DNA from: Dehalococcoidia bacterium
GTDB taxonomy: Bacteria; Chloroflexota; Dehalococcoidia; UBA2979
Direction: 5' to 3'
DNA length: 64,000 nt
NCBI GenBank assembly: GCA_029941115.1
Contig: JAPYRK010000010.1
Span: 2,527-66,526 of the forward strand
Below are positions 9,311 through 18,083 of this stretch, piece after piece (positions within the stretch are counted from its first letter, which is position 1; the number at the start of each line of letters is the position of its first letter). The notes under the pieces were generated by a model. It was not told the DNA's origin. It was given only the letters and a program-made list of their open reading frames with translations, and searched no databases. Made by a program: the position numbers and the translations under genes.

Positions 9311-10279
9311 ATGCACCAACTGAACGTGAATCAACTGCAGCACCTCGATGAATACGGCTATCTCGCGCTCGAAAACGTTATAGACCCTCGAGAAATCCTG
9401 GATCCAATAATGGCAGAATATGAGGCCGTATTGGATTTACTAGCGACAAAACTAAAAGCTGAAGGAAAAATACACTCTCTGCACAGCAAACTCCCTTTTG
9501 GAGATCGTGTCACTAGAATTTATCAAGAAACCAACATGGTCCATAATCAATATTTTGATTTTTCATTGCCTCAGAAGGGGATAACAAAAGATACTCCGTT
9601 TTGGGCAGGACCGGCCGTCTTCGATGCCTTAACCAATCCAAATTTACTCGACGTTGTAGAATCAGTTGTCGGACCAGAGGTCTACTCTAATCCTGTACAG
9701 CACGTTCGAGTTAAAGTTCCTGAAGATAAGGCTCCACGTGATTCTGATGGTAATGTAATCTATGGGGCCACCCCATGGCATCAAGATTTGGGAGTCGTCA
9801 CGGAAGAAGCTGATGCGACCAACCTACTTACAGTCTGGTTCCCGCTCATGGATACTGACGTCGAAAACGGTTGTTTACAAGTAATTCCGGGATCACATCG
9901 CGATGAAGTGCTCACACACTGCCCCGGTGCCCAAGGAATTCAAATCCCCGAGTCGCTGCTAGATCCGGGTAAAGCGAGAGCAATCCCTTTGAAGCGAGGA
10001 AGTATCCTGCTCCTACATCGAAAAACAATTCATAGCGCTCTTCCAAATCGAAGTGATCGGATCCGCTGGTCGTTTGATCTTCGATATCAACCTATTGGAC
10101 AGCCGACAGGTCGTGAAACCTTCCCGGGATTTATTGCTCGAAGTGCTCAAAAGCCGTTCGAAGAACTTCACGATCCTCTAACTTGGTTTGAGATGTGGAA
10201 AACGGCAAGAGATTCACTTGCACGTGACGACGATCCTTCCTATAACCGTTGGGATGCAGACCACGCTCTATGTGCGTGA
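9311..10279 (+). CDS. phytanoyl-CoA dioxygenase (PhyH) family 2OG-Fe(II) oxygenase
   Basis: TPWHQD, ENGCLQVIPGSH, HSALPNRSDRIR (HxD...H triad plus Arg). Confidence 0.92.
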   Translation: MHQLNVNQLQHLDEYGYLALENVIDPREILDPIMAEYEAVLDLLATKLKAEGKIHSLHSKLPFGDRVTRIYQETNMVHNQYFDFSLPQKGITKDTPFWAGPAVFDALTNPNLLDVVESVVGPEVYSNPVQHVRVKVPEDKAPRDSDGNVIYGATPWHQDLGVVTEEADATNLLTVWFPLMDTDVENGCLQVIPGSHRDEVLTHCPGAQGIQIPESLLDPGKARAIPLKRGSILLLHRKTIHSALPNRSDRIRWSFDLRYQPIGQPTGRETFPGFIARSAQKPFEELHDPLTWFEMWKTARDSLARDDDPSYNRWDADHALCA

Positions 10280-10358
10280 CGAATTATGGAGCTATACCAC
10301 CAAATTATTACTTGCAAATCTTAGTGGAAGCTCGTAACGCCACGAGTGCTAACCTCTT

Positions 10359-11174
10359 GTGATGCTTATTGATTTACATACCCACACGCAGCCACTTTCA
10401 TATGACTCTTTTCTCCCGCCTGATGAATTAATTGAGAGAAGCAAGCAGGCTGGACTAGACGGGGTTGTCCTATCTGAGCACGACGCCGCATGGAGTCCTG
10501 ATGCAGTCAAAACACTTTCTAAACGACATAACTTTCTTGTGATCCCAGGAATGGAAATTAACACCGAGGAAGGTCACATGCTTGTTTATGGCATGCACAA
10601 ATATGTATTTGGCATGCACCGAGTCCACGAACTAGCCGAACACGTCGAAAGCGTAAACGGTCTCATGATTCAAGCACACCCCTATCGACGACAACATCCG
10701 TGGAACTGGGAAAGTGAAAAAGAATGGATTCACTCTCTGGAGCGATCTGAAGCCAATAATGCGCTGAATTTCGTGCGAGGGCTGGAAGTACTGAACGGAC
10801 GGGGCAAGCTTAATGAAAATCAATTCTCCAAGATTCTTGCGGATCATATGGGCATGCCTGGTACCGCTGGAACAGACTCTCACATGACTGATGATATAGG
10901 CAAGTGTGTCACTTATTTTGATCAGGACATACAAAGCGAAGAGGAGTTGATAGAAGCACTGCGAAATGGACTCTATTGGCCAATAGACATGACGAAAGGC
11001 GACATTACTCCAGATACTCGTTACTGGGACGTTCCTAGTGATTTGAGGCATATTTTCGAAGACCTTAGCGGTCGCATGAGACATTCTGAAAAATCGATCA
11101 AAGAACAAGAAATACTGCGAAACCAAGCTGCTGCGAAAAGCGTAGAGATAATCAAGTCGCTTAGAAAGCCGTAA
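10359..11174 (+). CDS. PHP-domain metallo-phosphoesterase
   Basis: DLHTHT, LSEHD, GMEINTEEGHMLVYG, AHPYR, EVLNG, GTDSH; start 10359 (GTG) or 10362 (ATG). Confidence 0.9.
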   Translation: MMLIDLHTHTQPLSYDSFLPPDELIERSKQAGLDGVVLSEHDAAWSPDAVKTLSKRHNFLVIPGMEINTEEGHMLVYGMHKYVFGMHRVHELAEHVESVNGLMIQAHPYRRQHPWNWESEKEWIHSLERSEANNALNFVRGLEVLNGRGKLNENQFSKILADHMGMPGTAGTDSHMTDDIGKCVTYFDQDIQSEEELIEALRNGLYWPIDMTKGDITPDTRYWDVPSDLRHIFEDLSGRMRHSEKSIKEQEILRNQAAAKSVEIIKSLRKP

Positions 11175-11209
11175 ATATTTCAGCCTGATAACCGGTTTTG
11201 CTAATGTCC

Positions 11210-11239
11210 TTGACCGCAATGCACTCTTTAACTTACGAT
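11210..11239 (+). promoter_or_regulatory. putative sigma70 promoter for MaoC-MaoC-SDR-SDR
   Basis: TTGACC-N18-TACGAT, the same geometry as the promoter at 7403-7432. Confidence 0.5.
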
Positions 11240-11269
11240 TCGTTGCACAAGTAGTTGCAGGGGGTGCAA

Positions 11270-11746
11270 ATGGCTGAATCAATAATTACGGACGAGTTAA
11301 AATCCTTAATCGGCGTTGATGGTCCGGAGAGTGAAGCAGAAGTAACAACCACCGGATGTCGGTTGTTCGCACGAGCCGTCGGACACACCGACCTAATATT
11401 CTATGATGAAGAAGTGGCCAAGGCTCGTGGGTATAAATCGATTGTGGCACCTCCGGGCTTTCTAGGAACAACCGTTTACAAGCCAGCAGATGCCAAACGT
11501 GCAAGCGCCCCTCCCGGTGGATTAAATATCCCATACAAGCGAATACTTAATGGGGGGACCACTTATGAATATTATGATTCGATCGTTGCTGGAGATGTAC
11601 TCACCTCCAGTAGTCATATTACCGAATTCCAAGAACGCGAGGGCTCGGTCGGACCGATGCTAATCACATGGCGTGAAACAACTTTCCGAAGAAAATCAGA
11701 CGGGAAAGTTGTAGCAAAAGGGTCCTCGAATATGATCAATTATTAG
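11270..11746 (+). CDS. MaoC-family dehydratase, N-terminal-type (HadA-like) hotdog subunit
   Basis: FARAVGHTDLIFYDEEVAKARGYKSIVAPPGF; ATG 11270 with AGGGGG SD. Confidence 0.88.
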   Translation: MAESIITDELKSLIGVDGPESEAEVTTTGCRLFARAVGHTDLIFYDEEVAKARGYKSIVAPPGFLGTTVYKPADAKRASAPPGGLNIPYKRILNGGTTYEYYDSIVAGDVLTSSSHITEFQEREGSVGPMLITWRETTFRRKSDGKVVAKGSSNMINY

Positions 11747-11797
11747 TAAATATTAGCAAAATAAGAAGAATACTTCACACACGTTAGGAGACCGAAA

Positions 11798-12226
11798 ATG
11801 AGTGAACAGGTATTTTGGGACGATATCAATGAGGGTGACTCTCTTCCGATTATCAGTCCAGATTGTAGTACGCAGCAACTAGTTGTATGGGCGGGAGCCT
11901 CCGGTGACTTTTATCAGATTCACTACGATATCCCGTTTGCTGAAAACACCGGGTTGGACAACATCATTGTCCATGGTGCCTTAAAGCAGGCATTTCTCGG
12001 AAGATTACTGCACGACTGGGCGGCACCAGATGGTCGAATCGAACAATTTGGATGTTCGTACAGAGGAATGGATTACCCTGCAGAAGACATGTCTGTGAGT
12101 GGAACGGTCACTTCCAAATATACTGAAGGCGATCGACACCTAGTGGATGTCGAAGTCTGGACAGAAAATCCAAGTGGAAGAAAAACTACCCCAGGAACAG
12201 CTAGAGTTGCCTTGCCAACTAGATAG
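11798..12226 (+). CDS. MaoC-family (R)-specific enoyl-CoA hydratase, catalytic subunit
   Basis: AGASGDFYQIHYD hydratase-2 motif (Asp/His dyad), IIVHG. Confidence 0.9.
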   Translation: MSEQVFWDDINEGDSLPIISPDCSTQQLVVWAGASGDFYQIHYDIPFAENTGLDNIIVHGALKQAFLGRLLHDWAAPDGRIEQFGCSYRGMDYPAEDMSVSGTVTSKYTEGDRHLVDVEVWTENPSGRKTTPGTARVALPTR

Positions 12227-12286
12227 CTCTTTGTGTGCGAATCATTAAGCGGTCTTAACGGAGCGCGAACTAAGGAAAGGTGAGTT

Positions 12287-13264
12287 ATGGGAGTACTAGA
12301 CGGAAAAGTAGCTGTAGTAACAGGCTCAGGACGTGGCATTGGTCGAGGCATAGCAATGAAGTTTGCCGCTCAAGGCGCCTCGGTTATCATCAATGACCCG
12401 GGCGTAAACGTTGATGGTACCGGTCACGACGCCGGACCCGCAGATCAAGTTGCAGACGAAATTAAGGCCCTGGGAGGCCAAGCTGCTGCTAATTACGACT
12501 CAGTCGCTGAGATGGCTGGTGGTGAAAACATGGTCAAGCAAGCAGTTGATGCTTTTGGCAAGATTGATATTCTTGTCAATACTGCTGGCATTTTAAGAGA
12601 TCGAATGGTCTTCAATATGAGTCAAGAAGAGTGGGACGACGTAATAGCAGTTCACTTGAAAGGACATTTTTCAACCATAAAACCGGCGTCAATCCTTATG
12701 CGCCAGCAACGGTACGGACGAATCATCAACTTTTCCTCAAGCAGTGGAACTATCGGAAATACCGGACAGTTCAATTATGGTGCTGCTAAATCAGGTATCG
12801 CTGGTCTCGGTCGGGTAGTCGCGAAGGACTTGGGACGCTATGGAGTGACCTGTAACATTATCGCTCCCGGCGCCGGCACCCGAATGACCGCAACCGTCCC
12901 TGACAGTGCGCGAGAACTTCGGGCAGGATCTGGAATTCAAGGCGCAGCATCGAATGCACCTGTGCAAGAAAGCGCCTATGCAGGTCTCCGAGATCCGGAA
13001 TTTGTTGCACCCATGGTTACTTACCTGTGCTCTGATGATGCGTGGGACATTAACGGTTGGGTTTTTAATGTGTCAGGCGGATCGATTTCAGTATCCAGGT
13101 ATCCGGTTGCGGAAAGAAGTATCTTTAAACCGGGACACTGGACACTTCCCGAATTAGATGATGCTGTGCAAAACGTCTTAATGAAAGACATTAATAACCC
13201 AGCTCCTCCTCGTGACGATATTGAAGTTCCGGGTCGGGACATCGCGGCACGAGTTCTCAGTTAA
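12287..13264 (+). CDS. SDR, MFE-2-like 3-hydroxyacyl-CoA dehydrogenase, copy 1
   Basis: TGSGRGIG, VIINDPGVNVDG, AGILRDR, NYGAAK. Confidence 0.92.
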   Translation: MGVLDGKVAVVTGSGRGIGRGIAMKFAAQGASVIINDPGVNVDGTGHDAGPADQVADEIKALGGQAAANYDSVAEMAGGENMVKQAVDAFGKIDILVNTAGILRDRMVFNMSQEEWDDVIAVHLKGHFSTIKPASILMRQQRYGRIINFSSSSGTIGNTGQFNYGAAKSGIAGLGRVVAKDLGRYGVTCNIIAPGAGTRMTATVPDSARELRAGSGIQGAASNAPVQESAYAGLRDPEFVAPMVTYLCSDDAWDINGWVFNVSGGSISVSRYPVAERSIFKPGHWTLPELDDAVQNVLMKDINNPAPPRDDIEVPGRDIAARVLS

Positions 13265-13294
13265 AGCAGAATTTACAACGAAAGGATATCCAGA

Positions 13295-14248
13295 ATGGGA
13301 TCATCACTAGAAGGACGAAGCATCGTAGTTACCGGTTCAGGACGAGGTATCGGTGCAGAAATTGCGAAACTAATTGGCTTACAGGGTGGAAATGTCATAG
13401 TTAACGACCCAGGCGTAAACGTTGACGGTAGCGGCACGGACAACGCGCCTGCCGAAGAAGTAGCTCAAGAAATTAAAGCTGCCGGCGGGAATGCGATCGC
13501 CAATTTTGACACTGTGGCGACCGCAGAGGGCGGCGAAAATATGATTACACAATGCGTCGACGAATTCGGACGCATCGATGGAATCGTTCACGTAGCTGGA
13601 ATCTTGCGAGATCGTATGATTTTTAATATGACCGAAGAAGAATGGGACGATGTCGTGGCTGTCCACTTGACTGGTTTGTTTAACGTAGTCAAACCCGCGT
13701 CAATCTTATTCAGGCAACAACGATTCGGACGCATCATTGGTTTCTCCTCCGGATCCGGAATGAACGGCAACACTGGACAAGCAAACTATGGCGCTGCGAA
13801 AGCAGGAATTACAGGCGGTATCAGGTGTGCGGCGCGTGACTTAGGTCGCTACGGCGTCACATCCAATGCGATCTGTCCAGGTGCCGCTACTCGGATGACG
13901 GCTACCGTTCCTGATGCAGCACGAGATCTTCGGTCTAGTCAAGGAATTCAAGGACAACAGCGGACCGAAAGTATTGTCAATCAACTTCGTGCCGGGTCTT
14001 ATGTCGCCCCGATGGTGGGATATCTTTTGACGGATCAGGCATGGAATGTTAATGGAAAATGTTTCAACGTCTCTGGCGGACAGGTCTCACTTTCGTCGGA
14101 AGAAGTACCGTACCGTTCAATCAACAAGGCAGGCATGTGGGAGCTTGATGAGTTGCAAGCACTTGTTCCATCAAACCTAATGTCGGGACTACGAAACCCT
14201 GCTCCACCACCAGCAGATCTCAGTATCCCTGGAAGATTAGTGGGGTAA
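13295..14248 (+). CDS. SDR, MFE-2-like 3-hydroxyacyl-CoA dehydrogenase, copy 2
   Basis: TGSGRGIG, VIVNDPGVNVDG, AGILRDR, NYGAAK; colinear paralog of the upstream gene. Confidence 0.92.
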   Translation: MGSSLEGRSIVVTGSGRGIGAEIAKLIGLQGGNVIVNDPGVNVDGSGTDNAPAEEVAQEIKAAGGNAIANFDTVATAEGGENMITQCVDEFGRIDGIVHVAGILRDRMIFNMTEEEWDDVVAVHLTGLFNVVKPASILFRQQRFGRIIGFSSGSGMNGNTGQANYGAAKAGITGGIRCAARDLGRYGVTSNAICPGAATRMTATVPDAARDLRSSQGIQGQQRTESIVNQLRAGSYVAPMVGYLLTDQAWNVNGKCFNVSGGQVSLSSEEVPYRSINKAGMWELDELQALVPSNLMSGLRNPAPPPADLSIPGRLVG

Positions 14249-14285
14249 CCGTAAAGAACTTGATCGCTTTATAGTAATTTTTTAG

Positions 14286-14325
14286 AAACGACCGAGTGTG
14301 TTGAAATGCACTCGGCCGTTTTTTT
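14286..14325 (+). terminator. intrinsic terminator between convergent genes
   Basis: AAACGACCGAGTG...CACTCGGCCGTTTTTTT hairpin plus T-tract. Confidence 0.75.
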
Positions 14326-14912
14326 CAGGGCAGCAATCGTTCCATACGATAATAAGATCTGCCGGCACGAACTACTTCACCAACTCTCGTGAAACCGCTA
14401 GCAACAAATGATCTCTGCGCTCTCTCATTCCATGTAAGTGTATGCAAATATATCTTTACCAAAGAAAGTTGACTGCCCATCACCTCGACCATTAAATCAA
14501 TAATCTCTCGCCCATAGCCTTTACCCCAAAAATCTTTGTTGCCGATGGTGATTCCAAGCTCGGCTTCCTGGCGCAACGGATCATATCCGTAGTACATGAC
14601 ATTTCCTATATGCTCTGAAGTCTGCTTGGATAGTACCGCGTACGTCTTTCTGTAAATCGTAGTCTCGCGCAAGTCACGCTGGATGTTACCTCTAAACGTC
14701 TGAAATGTTCCAATATACGGTGTGGCTCCATCGAATGCTGCAAGTTCCTTATCACGCTTCCAGGAATAGTCATTCGTCGCATCATCAATATGCTTGTTGC
14801 GCAATTGCACGAGACATCCCTCTGCAACGACAGCTAGTTCGCCGGTTGACCCGAATTTAGAGTCCAAATTACTCACCCATCTAGTCCGTTCTAAGTCGGT
14901 ATCTAGAGTCAA
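14325..14912 (-). CDS. GNAT (RimJ/RimL-like) N-acetyltransferase
   Basis: ELGITIGNKDFWGKGYG and NERAQRSFVASGF; true start may be slightly downstream. Confidence 0.85.
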   Translation of the reverse strand: MTLDTDLERTRWVSNLDSKFGSTGELAVVAEGCLVQLRNKHIDDATNDYSWKRDKELAAFDGATPYIGTFQTFRGNIQRDLRETTIYRKTYAVLSKQTSEHIGNVMYYGYDPLRQEAELGITIGNKDFWGKGYGREIIDLMVEVMGSQLSLVKIYLHTLTWNERAQRSFVASGFTRVGEVVRAGRSYYRMERLLP

Positions 14913-15339
14913 TCACGGCGAGTGCCATATCCAGTACCTCTCTCTGATTTTGGTACGTCAAGAGCTTTACTGCCTCATCTACCTGAAACCAGTCAACCTC
15001 GTCAAATTCAGTATCATGACCAGAAAAACTTCCTCCAAGATGTCTCATTAGAAAAAAATGAACCGTCTTGTATTTTAAAGGATGGGAAGTTCGTTTTACT
15101 GAATATTCAATATTCATCAAAGGCCGGTCTATCTCAACTATAAGACCCGTTTCCTCACGTACCTCACGTAAAGCTGCACTAGTTACAGATTCTTCAGCTT
15201 CTAATCTGCCCTTTGGAAGAGCATACAAATCCTCCGATCCATATGCCCTAAAACGATGGCATAGCACAACTTCAACCTGATCAGCAAGCCTTCTTAACAC
15301 CACTCCCCCGGCAGCAATTTCGGTTAACTCCACATCCAT
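14881..15339 (-). CDS. NUDIX hydrolase (Ap4A-hydrolase-like)
   Basis: LPKGRLEAEESVTSAALREVREETG Nudix box. Confidence 0.92.
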   Translation of the reverse strand: MDVELTEIAAGGVVLRRLADQVEVVLCHRFRAYGSEDLYALPKGRLEAEESVTSAALREVREETGLIVEIDRPLMNIEYSVKRTSHPLKYKTVHFFLMRHLGGSFSGHDTEFDEVDWFQVDEAVKLLTYQNQREVLDMALAVIDSRYRLRTD

Positions 15340-15353
15340 CTATTCTTACCAAA

Positions 15354-16370
15354 CTACTCGTCGTCAGAACTCATTGACTCTAGAAGTCCTCCAGAGTTAA
15401 TCTGCAACGAGTCAAGCGCAGCTTCCAAGTCATCTGCGAGTTCAGGTTCGCGCCCATCGCGCGCAATCCTTTCGAGAATACGCTCTGCATCAAGCGAGCC
15501 TATTTCAGCTAACGCTTTGATAGCCGCACGGCGCACATCTATCTCTGGGTCTTCCTCAAGCAACATTGTCAATGGCTCCAGCGCGCCATCCGTGACTAAA
15601 CCACCCGCAGCTTCTGCAACTGCTTCTCTGACATCAGGATCTTCATCATCAAAATGGTAAATCAACAAGTCGAGCCAGGTTGGAGACGCGCTTCTACCCA
15701 TCGCTCTCAAGGCGGCTAGCTGCATCTGATTCCCTCCTGTCTCGTATTGATCTGTAATCAATTCTGAAATCAAATCGCCACTCAGTGCACCGAGTGACTC
15801 AAGTGCGCCTGATCTTACGTCTGTTTCTTCTTCAATATCGTCCACTAGTTCTCGAAGGGCCGTGATAAGCACTTCGCCATCCTCGGTGGACAAGACCCCG
15901 AGCTCGGCTGCGACAACCCAAGGTGCTAAAGCACTTGTCAACTCGCTTCGAACAACATGTGATATCTCCTCTTTGAGACGCGCCAAAAAGAGGTGCATGA
16001 TCTCGGGTCTATCCTCATCCTTCAATCCTCTTATCGAAAAGATACGAGTCGGAATATCATCTATACGAATACCGGAAAGGAAAATAGCTTGATAATCCAG
16101 ATTTCGATCAGTTGCGTTCATCTGCACCATCTTTTCGATGATTTCACGAGTTCGGTCGACTGGCATTTCGGACCATAATAAAACTAATGCCTGTAGTGTT
16201 TCCATCGTCGGGCGAGAGAGACTCTCAAGCGCTGGCTTAGATATAGAATCTTGCGAATCAATACTCTTTAAGACCTCAGTCACAGAGTAAGGCTGCTCTA
16301 ATTCATCGATCACAGCCTCTAAACCAAAAACACCGTCTATATCTTCTGGTACTACTTCTGGGTCTATCAT
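15354..16370 (-). CDS. HEAT-repeat protein
   Basis: repeated DVRxxAxxALG units; very acidic. Confidence 0.85.
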   Translation of the reverse strand: MIDPEVVPEDIDGVFGLEAVIDELEQPYSVTEVLKSIDSQDSISKPALESLSRPTMETLQALVLLWSEMPVDRTREIIEKMVQMNATDRNLDYQAIFLSGIRIDDIPTRIFSIRGLKDEDRPEIMHLFLARLKEEISHVVRSELTSALAPWVVAAELGVLSTEDGEVLITALRELVDDIEEETDVRSGALESLGALSGDLISELITDQYETGGNQMQLAALRAMGRSASPTWLDLLIYHFDDEDPDVREAVAEAAGGLVTDGALEPLTMLLEEDPEIDVRRAAIKALAEIGSLDAERILERIARDGREPELADDLEAALDSLQINSGGLLESMSSDDE

Positions 16371-16391
16371 TACGAGCTATCCTCACTGAGC

Positions 16392-17408
16392 TTATTCAAC
16401 AATACTGTCAACTATTGGCCCAACATTTACATCTCTGCTAATCAAACTTGTTAGTGCTTCTCTCGCGCTCTTTCGTCTGGAAATTATCGAATCAAGTTCC
16501 TCGCAAATTGGGAGCTCTACTCCGGTCGCTTTTGCCAATACAAGAGCTGCTGTAAGGGAATGAAGTCCCTCAACCGTTTGTCCTATTTCAGCCAATGCAC
16601 TTGCGGCATCTAAACCATTTCCGATCTTCTCTCCAAATAAACGGTTTCTAGACAGAGGGCTATATGCCGTGGCAATCAAATCTCCAGCCCCAGCTAAGCC
16701 TTGAAATGTCAACGGGTTAGCACCAAAGGCTTGTCCAAGTCGTGTCATCTCGGCCAATCCTCGAACCAATAATGCTGCCTTCGCGTTGTCTCCAACAGTC
16801 AAGCTATCAGCGATACCGGCCGCAATTGCTATTACGTTCTTCATCGCACCACCAAACTCTGCACCCACCAAGTCATCTTCGAGATACACACGGAGGCTCT
16901 CCGAATGAAAGGCACCAAGCAACAACTCACTTCGGGTGGATTTCGTCGCGATCACCGTGGCTCCCGGTAACCCTTTACTGAGCTCTATAGATAAATTTGG
17001 CCCAGTCAAAACTGCGACCTCATTATCCGGCAATATCTCGTTAACTAACTCCGACATACGCTTGGGTTGGCCAGCGGAAAAACCTTTAGTTGCTGACAAG
17101 ATTAATGTGCTTGGTAAAATAAATGACTGAATCGAATGCAGATTTTCAATCATTGTTGCCGAGGGTACTGCAACGCATAGGAGCGGTACATCTAATACAC
17201 TAGCCGCCACGGTCATGACTTTCAGGCGGTCTGGAAAGGCAATCTCAGGTAAGGTCAAGTGACTCCTATTTTCTTGTAATCTAGCAGCCTCCTGATCGGA
17301 TCGGGCCAGCAGGCTGACGTTGACTCCGTTGCGAGCTAGTAGAATTGCTAAAGTAGTACCCCAAGACGTCGTGCCTAAAACTGCGGCTCGTTGAATCGAT
17401 TCAGTCAC
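16392..17408 (-). CDS. gpsA: NAD(P)H-dependent glycerol-3-phosphate dehydrogenase
   Basis: GTTSWGTTLA, GGAMKNVIAIAAG, GLAGAGDLIAT, SRN. Confidence 0.96.
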   Translation of the reverse strand: MTESIQRAAVLGTTSWGTTLAILLARNGVNVSLLARSDQEAARLQENRSHLTLPEIAFPDRLKVMTVAASVLDVPLLCVAVPSATMIENLHSIQSFILPSTLILSATKGFSAGQPKRMSELVNEILPDNEVAVLTGPNLSIELSKGLPGATVIATKSTRSELLLGAFHSESLRVYLEDDLVGAEFGGAMKNVIAIAAGIADSLTVGDNAKAALLVRGLAEMTRLGQAFGANPLTFQGLAGAGDLIATAYSPLSRNRLFGEKIGNGLDAASALAEIGQTVEGLHSLTAALVLAKATGVELPICEELDSIISRRKSAREALTSLISRDVNVGPIVDSIVE

Positions 17409-17417
17409 TACGCTGCC

Positions 17418-18065
17418 TCACACAGATCGCTTCTCTCCACCTTTTCCAAATTTAGGCTCATCACCCGAAAGAAGACGGCGAAAATTAGGTAGATGTTTGA
17501 ACTCAATTACTCCAAATAATACTAGCGATAATATCCAGAACGGGGTCCCCAATTCCTTGAAATACGGGTCTCGCGAATAATTCTCTGTAAGTGACATAAC
17601 GGCAACATATGCACACCCTGCTAAAACTCCCATCATAGTCATCAAGGAAACATATCGAGTCAAAACCAAGATTAATAGGCAAACTAACAAAACTATCCCT
17701 GCTGCAGCAGGCGACAAAGCCACAAAAATACCGAAGGCAGTCGCGGCACCTTTACCTCCTCGAAATCCTGTGGTTGCCGGCCACACGTGACCAATAACTG
17801 TTGCTGTACCCCCCAAAGCTATTGCTGCTGTCGAGTCGCTTACTTGGCTTAGAATAAGTATAGGCAAGGCCCCTTTTGCCACGTCAATTATAAGTACTAA
17901 TACTGCCCAACGTGCGCCTAGTGTTCTGAGTACATTTGTCGCACCGGTTGCTCCGGATCCGTACTCACGTACATCCCGTAGGCCGGCTATTCTTCCGACA
18001 ATTAGTCCTACGGGAATCATCCCAAATAAATAACCTAGAATTATTCCTATGATTATTTCCATCAC
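17418..18065 (-). CDS. plsY: glycerol-3-phosphate acyltransferase PlsY
   Basis: GSGATGATNVLR, GHVWP..GFRGGKGAAT, KHLPNFRRL. Confidence 0.95.
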   Translation of the reverse strand: MMEIIIGIILGYLFGMIPVGLIVGRIAGLRDVREYGSGATGATNVLRTLGARWAVLVLIIDVAKGALPILILSQVSDSTAAIALGGTATVIGHVWPATTGFRGGKGAATAFGIFVALSPAAAGIVLLVCLLILVLTRYVSLMTMMGVLAGCAYVAVMSLTENYSRDPYFKELGTPFWILSLVLFGVIEFKHLPNFRRLLSGDEPKFGKGGEKRSV

Positions 18066-18083
18066 GAATCCAATCAGGTAGTC

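Noticed and set aside
10270-10330. Possible selenocysteine read-through at the PhyH TGA (…HALCA-TGA), given selA
   Set aside because: The domain is already complete, read-through adds only ~14 residues, and no SECIS-like hairpin is evident
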